Of a stretch of 64,000 bases of DNA, positions 30,655-38,829 are shown piece by piece (the first letter of the stretch is position 1; every line of letters begins with the position of its first letter). The position numbers and the translations under genes were made by a program. The stretch lies in NCBI GenBank assembly GCA_963753345.1, contig CAVWBU010000024.1, forward strand, positions 224,001 through 288,000. Reading direction: 5' to 3'. The notes under the pieces are model-generated. The model searched no databases. It was not told where the DNA came from and worked only from the letters and a program-made list of their open reading frames with translations. Source of the DNA: an uncultured Fibrobacterota bacterium. Lineage in GTDB: Bacteria; Fibrobacterota; Chitinivibrionia; Chitinivibrionales; FEN-1185.

Positions 30655-32511
30655 CTATTGAAGTATCACCTTTTGACTTGCATTCCGGTCTCCTGCGAGC
30701 ACATTGACAATATAGACCCCGCTCCGGCGGCTGCCGGCATTCCAGATTACCGAGTTATTCGCGATATTTTTGCTGAGATCCGCAACAAGGCGTCCCGCCA
30801 TGTCGGTGACAGTAATGCGAAGGCCTTTTTCCATAGCCGCGCCATCGATTTTGATGGTGACGTTCGAGTGAAATAAATTATGAGAGACCGCCAATTCTAG
30901 CATCGAGGGGGTTCTGGCGATCGGCAGGTTTTTTACGGGAATGGTCAGTGAAAAGGTGCTGCCGGAATCCTGGCCGTAGCCATAACCATGGGCGGGCGGA
31001 CTCTGATAGGTCATGTCGCCATACAAGGCGTCCGCTCCGGCAACCGATGCCGTGGCCGTGGACAGGACCGAAGACGGCGGCGGTGCGGCGCGCCACACAT
31101 CCCAGACCACGAGGTTGCCCGAACCGGTGCTGTATGCCTGGAAATTCCAATCGCCCATGTAGGTGTTGTTGTAGAATTTGTTGTTCTGAAGGAATGTCTC
31201 CTTTGTCGCGGTCACATACCCCAGATACTGCTGGCCGGTGACCGTATCCGCTATCGTGCCATACGATCCAATGATCGCATTGCGGCCGCAGTTGCTGTTT
31301 CCGGCGCCGCCGATGTTGCTTTTGTTTATCTCGAAAACATTGTCATGAATGCGAACGTTGCGCACATACCAGCGGCGCTGGGCATTGTTCAGGTCGATAA
31401 GCGGGCAGTATCCGGTGCTCGTATTGGCGACCGAACTGCAGAACCGGTCGGGCGCTTCGAACATCACAACGCCGTTCCAGTTGTCTTTGAAATAGTTTCC
31501 GCTGATCTCCGAAACAGCATAGGTTGAACTTACGGCCGCTTCGCCCGAAGAACTTGAGATATAAATCGCGCCGTCCGGAAACGCGTCGGTGCCGCGGGCT
31601 TTTCCCTTTACGAGGTTGTTCCGGACAAAGGTATTGTCCTGGATAAGAAAGTTATAGCTGATTTCGTACATAACTCCTTCAGCGTCGTTATCCGAGATAT
31701 AGTTCCCTTCAACAAGGAAATTACGGTTATCGGTATCCATCCATAACCCGACGCTTAAATTGTTGTGGACATAGTTGCCGCGAATCTCACACCCGTCGGC
31801 ATCCCAGAACTTGCCGCCGCCGGTGCAACCGCACCCGCCGGGTATCGTGTGCTCCAGATCATCAGTGTTGTTGCCGCTTATCTCGTTGCTGTCGAGCGTT
31901 GTGTGTTTGCCGAACACCTGGAATCCGTATTGGCCGTTGTTTCTCAAACAGTTCTGGCAGACCTCGCAGGTGTCGCCCAGGAACACGGCTCCTCCGTGAT
32001 TGTTCTCGGCTGTGCAATACCTGATGATCCATCCGGGCCCCTGGTCGTGGTTGATGACGCCTTCGTCAACCGGGCAATTGAAATTTTGGATGGTGAGATA
32101 CTCGATTGTCACATTCCGTGCCTTGGTGGTGAACGCGTACTGATTGAGATTCTGGCCATCGATGATGGCGCCGGGCCCTCCCATAAAAGTGGACCCGTTG
32201 CCAGGCTGAATCTGGCTGTATTGGCCTGTGCCGAGGGTGTGAACACCGGAAGCAAACCAGTAGGTGGCGCCGGCGGTTTTAAAATTGACGCTCGAATTGT
32301 CTCCCGCAGGCACCGTGATTGCTCCGGCCGGGGCCGAGGACGGACCGGCAAGAAGAGCCTGATTGTCACAAACGTTGACCGGAGGATTTGCAGGAAAAGC
32401 ATTGGCGACCTGCACACTCCCGGTAGACAGGATTGCAACAATAATGAGGGCCAAAACTGCAAACGTTTTTGTGGAAAGGCCTTTACAATAAGTACACTTG
32501 CTGGATTGCAT
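30655..32511 (-). CDS. Secreted right-handed parallel beta-helix protein (pectin-lyase-like fold) with CTD-like tail
   Basis: GGAGG RBS, signal peptide, Asn ladders (NYVHNN, GLWMDTDN, VEGNYISDN, YEISYN), and a TDMAGRLV...SGVYIV tail. Confidence 0.8.
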   Translation of the reverse strand: MQSSKCTYCKGLSTKTFAVLALIIVAILSTGSVQVANAFPANPPVNVCDNQALLAGPSSAPAGAITVPAGDNSSVNFKTAGATYWFASGVHTLGTGQYSQIQPGNGSTFMGGPGAIIDGQNLNQYAFTTKARNVTIEYLTIQNFNCPVDEGVINHDQGPGWIIRYCTAENNHGGAVFLGDTCEVCQNCLRNNGQYGFQVFGKHTTLDSNEISGNNTDDLEHTIPGGCGCTGGGKFWDADGCEIRGNYVHNNLSVGLWMDTDNRNFLVEGNYISDNDAEGVMYEISYNFLIQDNTFVRNNLVKGKARGTDAFPDGAIYISSSSGEAAVSSTYAVSEISGNYFKDNWNGVVMFEAPDRFCSSVANTSTGYCPLIDLNNAQRRWYVRNVRIHDNVFEINKSNIGGAGNSNCGRNAIIGSYGTIADTVTGQQYLGYVTATKETFLQNNKFYNNTYMGDWNFQAYSTGSGNLVVWDVWRAAPPPSSVLSTATASVAGADALYGDMTYQSPPAHGYGYGQDSGSTFSLTIPVKNLPIARTPSMLELAVSHNLFHSNVTIKIDGAAMEKGLRITVTDMAGRLVADLSKNIANNSVIWNAGSRRSGVYIVNVLAGDRNASQKVILQ

Positions 32512-32580
32512 GTAAGCCTCCAGTGTGAGATGGTACATTGTCCTTATCTTTCTTTACGGAATCTGCTCTGAATTCTGACG

Positions 32581-34074
32581 TCAACGCGGCTCGCATACGA
32601 CAAGGTTTGAAGCCGCCTGGGCCGCCGTTTGAACGTGCATCACATAGACGCCGCGCGGGAGGGCTTGCCGGCGCATGTCACGCAGCACCGATTCGGTGCT
32701 GTTGCGTTGCATGAGCGCCTGCCCTCTCATATTGTAAAGAACAACAAGCTGCCTGCCCGCTGCCGGCGCCGCAACCGCTGCAGGCAATCCGCCACGGCTG
32801 ATGGATGCCGCGGTCGAATTTTCAAGCAGAATGGGTTTTATTCCGATGGTGACCGTTGTTCCGCTGATGCTGTGGAGGCTGCCCGCAAGGTCCCGGTACT
32901 GGACATAACCATTCGGAACAATGAATGTCGAGGTCGAGGCTGTATTGGTGTCCCACACGGCCAACGCTTGATAGCCGCCCGGCCGGGTGAAACCGCAGGT
33001 GCCAACCGAACCATTGGCCGTATACGGCTGGCTCATCGTAGCGCCGACCATCCATTTGTATAATTCCCCGTATGCAATTCCCGCAGCATTGAGGCCGCTG
33101 GACGGGGCCCACATCTGCCCCCATTGCCAACTGCCGTTATTATTGTCCCAGGCATACCAGGCGTACACCGATACTCCCAACGACCATTGGAGAAGGTAGT
33201 GGCGGGCCAGGAAAGCCACACAAGCATCCGTCGTGGGATTATTCGAATTACTCCCCTCGGTTCCCCAGTCTCCTTCGGTGCAAAAGATGGGTTTCGATCC
33301 CTGACCGTAAGCATTCATCGCGGCCTTCAGATTCCCCACGATGCCTATTATCTCTTCCGCAGGAGTAATCTGGTTCGCGCCAGCCATGGAGCAATAGCCG
33401 TGAAATGCGATAGCGTCTGCATACGCGCCTCCGCCGGCAGCAAAGTAATCGCTATAGAATTGCGTCATGTTTTCCTTGCCGCCGGTCGCATCCGGCGTCA
33501 GAACAGTGACGGTCTGATCAATGGATTTCGTAACAGCATAGAGATGCTGGCCAAGCTGCTCGAGCTGAGCGATGGTCCCGGTGTAAAAACCCTCCTGCGC
33601 CATGGCCTCATTCCAGACTTCAAGATATTTAATGCTCGTGTGGTAACGGTTGACAAATGCCGTAATGAAGTCATCCCAATACTTAATGCTATCCGGGGGA
33701 TCGGTGTGGGCAGCGGCCGCCCACGACGGCGTCCCGCCAAAGCAGTATAGAATATCGACATTCTTTCCTGTGAGCGAATCCACTGTCGCATCCAGGCTTT
33801 TCCAGCTAAAATTTCCCCTTGACGGCTCAAGCCCGGCCCAGCTGATATCGCCATTTCCCCAGTGGTCCCACGTTCTGAATAAACCGTAGGGCTTGGATGG
33901 TGATGGTATCCCATTGGCCCCATAGCACAGGCCGTGCAGGCCGAAGAAACGCGATGGAATAGTATCAGCCGAGGCTTTACAAATGCACAAGGGCAAACAA
34001 AAAGCCGCCAGGGCACAAGCTGCCAATGCCCTAGAGAACACCGAAGACCGGGAATTCTGTGACCTTGGTGACAT
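32581..34074 (-). CDS. Secreted clan GH-A glycoside hydrolase (GH39-like)
   Basis: AAGGAGG RBS, ISWAGLEPSRG, acid/base YLEVWNE, AFHGY, nucleophile IFCTEG, WYAWD, and a YNMRGQ...GVYV tail. Confidence 0.75.
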   Translation of the reverse strand: MSPRSQNSRSSVFSRALAACALAAFCLPLCICKASADTIPSRFFGLHGLCYGANGIPSPSKPYGLFRTWDHWGNGDISWAGLEPSRGNFSWKSLDATVDSLTGKNVDILYCFGGTPSWAAAAHTDPPDSIKYWDDFITAFVNRYHTSIKYLEVWNEAMAQEGFYTGTIAQLEQLGQHLYAVTKSIDQTVTVLTPDATGGKENMTQFYSDYFAAGGGAYADAIAFHGYCSMAGANQITPAEEIIGIVGNLKAAMNAYGQGSKPIFCTEGDWGTEGSNSNNPTTDACVAFLARHYLLQWSLGVSVYAWYAWDNNNGSWQWGQMWAPSSGLNAAGIAYGELYKWMVGATMSQPYTANGSVGTCGFTRPGGYQALAVWDTNTASTSTFIVPNGYVQYRDLAGSLHSISGTTVTIGIKPILLENSTAASISRGGLPAAVAAPAAGRQLVVLYNMRGQALMQRNSTESVLRDMRRQALPRGVYVMHVQTAAQAASNLVVCEPR

Positions 34075-34141
34075 AGGAAACCTCCTTAAGGCTGCGGCAT
34101 AGGTTCGCCAGATGTACCATGCCTTTGTCAAGCGCTTACTC

Positions 34142-35089
34142 TTATCTTGTTACTGCCATAATTGTCTTTGATTCGTTCCTGTAAAAATAGACTTGAGGAA
34201 CTTCAAACGTCTTCAACAAGTTCGGTGCAATCTGACGACCTCTAACATCGTATATTGTCCATTTCGCGTCAGAAACGGCATTTTGTACGATGCTGTTGGC
34301 CGGTACTCTGGAGTTTATGGCCGCAATCCCTTGGCCCTGGAGGATGACTGAATAGCCGGTGACATTGAAGGTCTCGTCCACTCCGCCCGTGCTGCAAATC
34401 TCCCAGCCGTAGCCGATCATCATCAGGAGACTGGGGTTCGGCAGGTATCCGTGGTCCACCAGCCAATTGAGCATGGCCAGGAGGTCCACACTGCCAGACT
34501 GCACCATATCGGCTTCGTGCAGCTTCCAGGCCATGCAATTCGTACCGAACGTGCATAGATACCAGCTCTTGACCGGAACACCGCCAGACCCGCCGAAGGT
34601 GGCAGTTGCCACGCCAGTGCAGGCGCCATTCCTGGCGAAGTCATGCTGGATCATGATCTCTGCGCCCGCCTTCATCCAGATGTCCCACATTGCCCAGGCG
34701 CTGGTCTGGCTGTTCGGGTTCATGTTCTCGCTGAACGTCGAGATCATGGAGGTGAGGGTAGATAGCCCGGTCCCTTCACTGGTGACTTTTCCGTAGTTCG
34801 TGCCGACGCTCGCGTAGGACACCACCGCCGTGTTTCCGTTGGGCATGTTGGCGGTCACGGACCAGTTGCCGGGGTCGGTGGCGATGAGGGTCTGGTGCCA
34901 TCCGTTGATGGGGTTCCACACGTTGTTCCCGATGTAGGTGCTTGAGGTGGTCGCGTTGATGCCCGGGTAGTTGTCATACGGGCCGCAGCTCCCCTTCGCC
35001 TCGCTGGTCGTGCAGGCAGCGTGCGCCTCGATGGCCACAAGAGCCACGGCAACGGCGGCAATCCAGGTTAGCCGGAACTTTTTCTTCAT
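34142..35089 (-). CDS. Secreted GH12-family glycoside hydrolase
   Basis: Signal peptide MKKKFRL...AHA, NNVWN, MWDIW, nucleophile AEIMIQ, acid/base GWEICST, and an IYDVRGR tail. Confidence 0.75.
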   Translation of the reverse strand: MKKKFRLTWIAAVAVALVAIEAHAACTTSEAKGSCGPYDNYPGINATTSSTYIGNNVWNPINGWHQTLIATDPGNWSVTANMPNGNTAVVSYASVGTNYGKVTSEGTGLSTLTSMISTFSENMNPNSQTSAWAMWDIWMKAGAEIMIQHDFARNGACTGVATATFGGSGGVPVKSWYLCTFGTNCMAWKLHEADMVQSGSVDLLAMLNWLVDHGYLPNPSLLMMIGYGWEICSTGGVDETFNVTGYSVILQGQGIAAINSRVPANSIVQNAVSDAKWTIYDVRGRQIAPNLLKTFEVPQVYFYRNESKTIMAVTR

Positions 35090-35096
35090 ACGTACC

Positions 35097-36395
35097 TCAG
35101 TTGGTGGTAATCGAGAAATCGGTAAACTTAAAAACAGCGTTCGTGCTGTTCGTCGACACAATCTCAACGCCGAAGTCGAGCTGGCCCAGCGTGGAGTTGG
35201 CCGGGAGCCAGCCTTTTGATATCGTCCAATTGAAAATTTCAAGTACATCTATTGTGCCTGAGGTGAAAATCGCGGTCGGCACAAAGGCGATGTAGCCGTT
35301 GTTGGAAGTCTTGTACACGTTGTAGGTATGGCCGCCCAGGGTCACGGTCGCCGACAGACTACCGGCCGGAACCTGCTTGTAGTTCTCAGTCCAGATCATG
35401 AATTCGGTGCAGCCGGCCGTGGCGACGCCATTGGTCCAGATGTCGTAGGCGACATCGTAGATGCCGACATGCGGACTGGTCTCGGCAAACGAGCTCGTGA
35501 TGGTTTTGAACGAGCTGATGAGTACGTTGCTGTAGTCCTTGTGGACATTCGGATAGGTCTTTACCGCGCCGTCGCCGTTATTATTGTTCATGTTGGCAAC
35601 CACGTACCAGCTGTGATATGAACACGCGGACAGGGTTTCGGCGCATTGATAAGAGGCAACGTTCCACATGTTGTTGTGGACATAGTAACCTTCGGTGCTC
35701 CAGCCGCCGCTCGTAGCCGAGGTCACGAACACGGGACTGGTGCACTCGCCCAGCGTTGAGGCGGTAAGCACGCACACCTGATTCGAAAGCGTGTACGAGG
35801 AGATGAACGCCTCGAACGAATTGTATCCGGTCTTTGCCGCGACAAGCGTGTCCGCAACAGCGGCATTTTTGGCAAGCGGCCGGTCCGCCGCGTTTCCAAG
35901 CGTCCTGAGTCCCGAGCCCGCGCCGTAGGAGCCGCACAGGGACAGTTTGCAAACAGCCGACCATGCGCCGATCCTGACCTTGACAAAATACACTCCCGAC
36001 CGCATGTTCCCGGCCGAAGGGGTGAGCGAATACGCGCCCCGGCCAAGCGTTTTGTCAAGCATCGTTGAAACCAGACGGCCGTTCATGGAATACACGTCGA
36101 TCCGCACCGCCGCCGGCTCGGCAACGGTAAACCGCACCTCACCGCCCGCGACAAAGGCCGCGACGGGAGCCGGATGCCCCGGAAGGGGCGCTGCCACGGT
36201 GCTTTGCAAAAGCGAAAACGCCCCTCCGGTGCCGCTGGTGGTTGAGACGCCCGCCGTCGCCAGGCTCACCGTTGCGCCCGCAACGCCGCTGCCCTCTGCG
36301 TCGACCACGGTGCCCGTGATGGCAATGTTCTGCGCACCCGCCTGGAGAGCAAACGCCGCGACAAACGCGCACAGAAGATTTCTTTTTCCAATCAT
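35097..36395 (-). CDS. Secreted GH12-family protein with N-terminal carboxypeptidase-regulatory-like and internal CTD-like domain
   Basis: Signal peptide, ITGTVVDAEGSGVAGATV, internal VYSMNGRLV...SGVYFVKV, and a C-terminal HNNMWN, AYDIW, EFMIW, FGVEI domain. Confidence 0.8.
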   Translation of the reverse strand: MIGKRNLLCAFVAAFALQAGAQNIAITGTVVDAEGSGVAGATVSLATAGVSTTSGTGGAFSLLQSTVAAPLPGHPAPVAAFVAGGEVRFTVAEPAAVRIDVYSMNGRLVSTMLDKTLGRGAYSLTPSAGNMRSGVYFVKVRIGAWSAVCKLSLCGSYGAGSGLRTLGNAADRPLAKNAAVADTLVAAKTGYNSFEAFISSYTLSNQVCVLTASTLGECTSPVFVTSATSGGWSTEGYYVHNNMWNVASYQCAETLSACSYHSWYVVANMNNNNGDGAVKTYPNVHKDYSNVLISSFKTITSSFAETSPHVGIYDVAYDIWTNGVATAGCTEFMIWTENYKQVPAGSLSATVTLGGHTYNVYKTSNNGYIAFVPTAIFTSGTIDVLEIFNWTISKGWLPANSTLGQLDFGVEIVSTNSTNAVFKFTDFSITTN

Positions 36396-36428
36396 ACGAG
36401 CCTCCTTGCTTCTAAAAAGCAGCATTGA

Positions 36429-37694
36429 TTAGTTGGTGGTAATGGAGAAGTCGCTAAATTTGAAAACAGCGTTCGTGCTGTTCGTTGACACGATCTCAAC
36501 GCCAAAGTCGAGCTGACTCAATGTGGAGTTGGCCGGAAGCCAGCCCTTGGACATTGTCCAATTGAAGATCTCAAGGATATCCACCGTGCCTGAGGTGAAA
36601 ACCACGGTCGGCACGAAAGCGATGTAGCTGTTATCGGAAGTCTTCCACGCATTGTAGGTCACGCCGCCCAAGATCACGGTCGCCGATAGACTGCCGGCAG
36701 GCATCTGATTGTAGTTCTCGGTCCAGATCATGAGTTCGGTACTGCCGGCGGCGGCAATACCGTTGGTCCAGATGCTGTACGCCACGTCGTAGATGCCCAC
36801 ATGCGGACTGGCCTCGCTAAACGTGCTCGCGATGGTTTTGAACGAGCTGATCGGCACGCTGTCGTAGTCCATATGGACATTCGGATACGTCTTGACGGCG
36901 CCGTCGCCGTTATTGTTGTTCATGTTTGCGACGACATACCAGTTGTGATACGAGCAGGCGTACAGGGTTTCCGCACACTGATACGACGCGCTGTTCCACA
37001 TGTTGTTGTGGACATAATACCCGCTGTCGCTCCAGCCGCCGTTCGGGTCCGACGTCACGAATGCCGGACTCGTGCACTCATCCGCGGCAATGGTTGTGGT
37101 GTCGCCCGCCGAGGTCTTGACATTTGCAATTTCAACCGCCGGTGCGGAGACGCGCACGGTCAGAATGCCTTGCGGCAGATCGGTGAAAGAAAACCGTCCC
37201 GAGGAGTTGACCAACGCGAGACGCTCCAATCCGTAAACCTGGGCGTATGCCGTACCCGTTACTGAATCGATGGCGCCGATAATGGCTGCATAGGGCCGCA
37301 AGGTGCCGGTGCCCAGATGCAACGTATCATGCACGGCAAGCGAGCAGGCAAACAGAACACTCGAACCGCCATCGTTCACTTCGATGCAATAGCTGCCCGG
37401 GTCGATGCCGTCGATTTCAAACCGACCCTGCGAATCGGTCAATGCGTCGGCGCCATAGAGCGCCGCTTTGGCAAGCGCAGGCGGCTGGGTTACGTAATCG
37501 CTGCGCCGCAGGCGGACCGTTGCGCCCGATGACGGACCGCCGTCGCTTTTGTAAATGACGGCTGTAACCCTGGCGTTGGTGGTTTCGGACCCGGCGCCGA
37601 CCACCGACTGACTTTTCCCGCAACCCAGCAGCAATGGCGCCACGGCCCAGGCAAGGCCGGCGCCTATTAACGCCCATGGCCGCGTTTGCATCAT
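36429..37694 (-). CDS. Lipoprotein with carboxypeptidase-regulatory-like domains and C-terminal GH12 domain
   Basis: Lipobox LLLGC followed by GSETTN, TDSQGRF..I.PGSY, QVYGLER, and GH12 motifs HNNMWN, ELMIW, FGVEI. Confidence 0.8.
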   Translation of the reverse strand: MMQTRPWALIGAGLAWAVAPLLLGCGKSQSVVGAGSETTNARVTAVIYKSDGGPSSGATVRLRRSDYVTQPPALAKAALYGADALTDSQGRFEIDGIDPGSYCIEVNDGGSSVLFACSLAVHDTLHLGTGTLRPYAAIIGAIDSVTGTAYAQVYGLERLALVNSSGRFSFTDLPQGILTVRVSAPAVEIANVKTSAGDTTTIAADECTSPAFVTSDPNGGWSDSGYYVHNNMWNSASYQCAETLYACSYHNWYVVANMNNNNGDGAVKTYPNVHMDYDSVPISSFKTIASTFSEASPHVGIYDVAYSIWTNGIAAAGSTELMIWTENYNQMPAGSLSATVILGGVTYNAWKTSDNSYIAFVPTVVFTSGTVDILEIFNWTMSKGWLPANSTLSQLDFGVEIVSTNSTNAVFKFSDFSITTN

Positions 37695-38500
37695 TGTCGG
37701 GTCACCGGAAAAAGTTGAATGTTCAGTTGGTACACCGTGTCGGGTTCCTTGGTGTCAGCCGCGAATTTCAGCAAGGTCGAACGGAATTCTTCTATTGTTT
37801 CGTTTATTTCGTCAAAATCTCTTTTCGCCGCTGTAATTGTTACGGTGGAAATGTTGCGCTCCTGCCGGTGGTGCCGGTGCAGGGATTCCATCGCAAGCTT
37901 CATGGTTTCTTCCTGAAATGTCTTTACGGCAACAGCAGGACACCCTTCGCCGGAGGTGACAATCTTATTCGTCAATTCCAACGCACCGTTGCGCCGGGTC
38001 ACCAGGCCGAGCGTTTTCAGAAGCCCGATTGCTTTTCGCGCCTGCGCTTCGGTGATCGGCGGGTCCAGTTGTGCCGCCAGCTTTTTATAATTTCCGGTAA
38101 ACGGATAGAAATCGAGGAGCGTGAGAATGGCCGAATAATACCATTTCTGGAAATACTCGTATTGTTTTTTTTCAATCGTATAGGCTTGTACCCCTCTCAG
38201 GGCAAGGAGCCGCTCGTAGTGCTGTTTGATGTCCCGGTCCGATTTGGCCTTGTTGAAATGCACCAGTGACGCAAAGTATTCGGCATCGGTGCCGGTCAGG
38301 CCGCAGAAGTCGATGAAACACTCGATCGACGTGGAGCTTATATGCCGCTGTTTCTGGAAAATCTTGACCAGATGGGAAGCATCGATCGAAAGCTTGGCGC
38401 CCATGTAACGGTACGAGAAGTAGGGGGATGCCTTTTTCTTCTCATGGAAAAAGTCTCGCAGGAAGTCCCGATATTCCAAGTAACTCTTTATCGATTGCAT
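37691..38500 (-). CDS. TIGR02147-family protein (DUF4423-like C-terminus)
   Basis: YLEYRDFLRDF, FSYRYMGAKL, YF..LVHFNKAK, KWYYSAI, RNISTVT, VYQLNIQLFPV. Confidence 0.85.
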   Translation of the reverse strand: MQSIKSYLEYRDFLRDFFHEKKKASPYFSYRYMGAKLSIDASHLVKIFQKQRHISSTSIECFIDFCGLTGTDAEYFASLVHFNKAKSDRDIKQHYERLLALRGVQAYTIEKKQYEYFQKWYYSAILTLLDFYPFTGNYKKLAAQLDPPITEAQARKAIGLLKTLGLVTRRNGALELTNKIVTSGEGCPAVAVKTFQEETMKLAMESLHRHHRQERNISTVTITAAKRDFDEINETIEEFRSTLLKFAADTKEPDTVYQLNIQLFPVTRQ

Positions 38501-38779
38501 ATCAGTCAATATACAACCGGCATGGGCGGCACGCCGGAAAAATGACCGCGATTGGCATATTTCGTGGCCATAAATGCCCACACATACTGTAATTATTGCG
38601 AGTTATTCCGGGCAAATTGCCGGGATGTTTCTATTTCAGTACCAAAAAATTGCCCACAGAACTATTTGCAGGTCTTTCAAAGGATGACATCAAAGCGCTT
38701 TGCAGGGGTTATAGTAACGCCCCTTGAAGAATTCTGCGTTACCTTCATGCAGGTGCGCCCTGCAGCGCGCACAAAAGCA

Positions 38780-38805
38780 ACAAGGCATCCTTTCGGATGC
38801 CTTGT
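38780..38805 (-). terminator. Intrinsic terminator after the GH2 gene
   Basis: Perfect 11-bp stem ACAAGGCATCC/GGATGCCTTGT with a 4-nt loop (GAAA on the minus strand), followed by TGCTTTT on the minus strand. Confidence 0.75.
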
Positions 38806-38829
38806 CTGTTCCATCACTACGGAGCAAAA

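Noticed and set aside
35090-35248. Extended start of the 34142 GH12 ORF
   Set aside because: It overlaps the upstream gene. The signal peptide and GAGG RBS point to the ATG at 35089.
35097-37082. Duplicated GH12 segments as a DGR template/variable repeat pair
   Set aside because: The differences are mostly synonymous and not adenine-specific, both copies are coding, and no reverse transcriptase is present.
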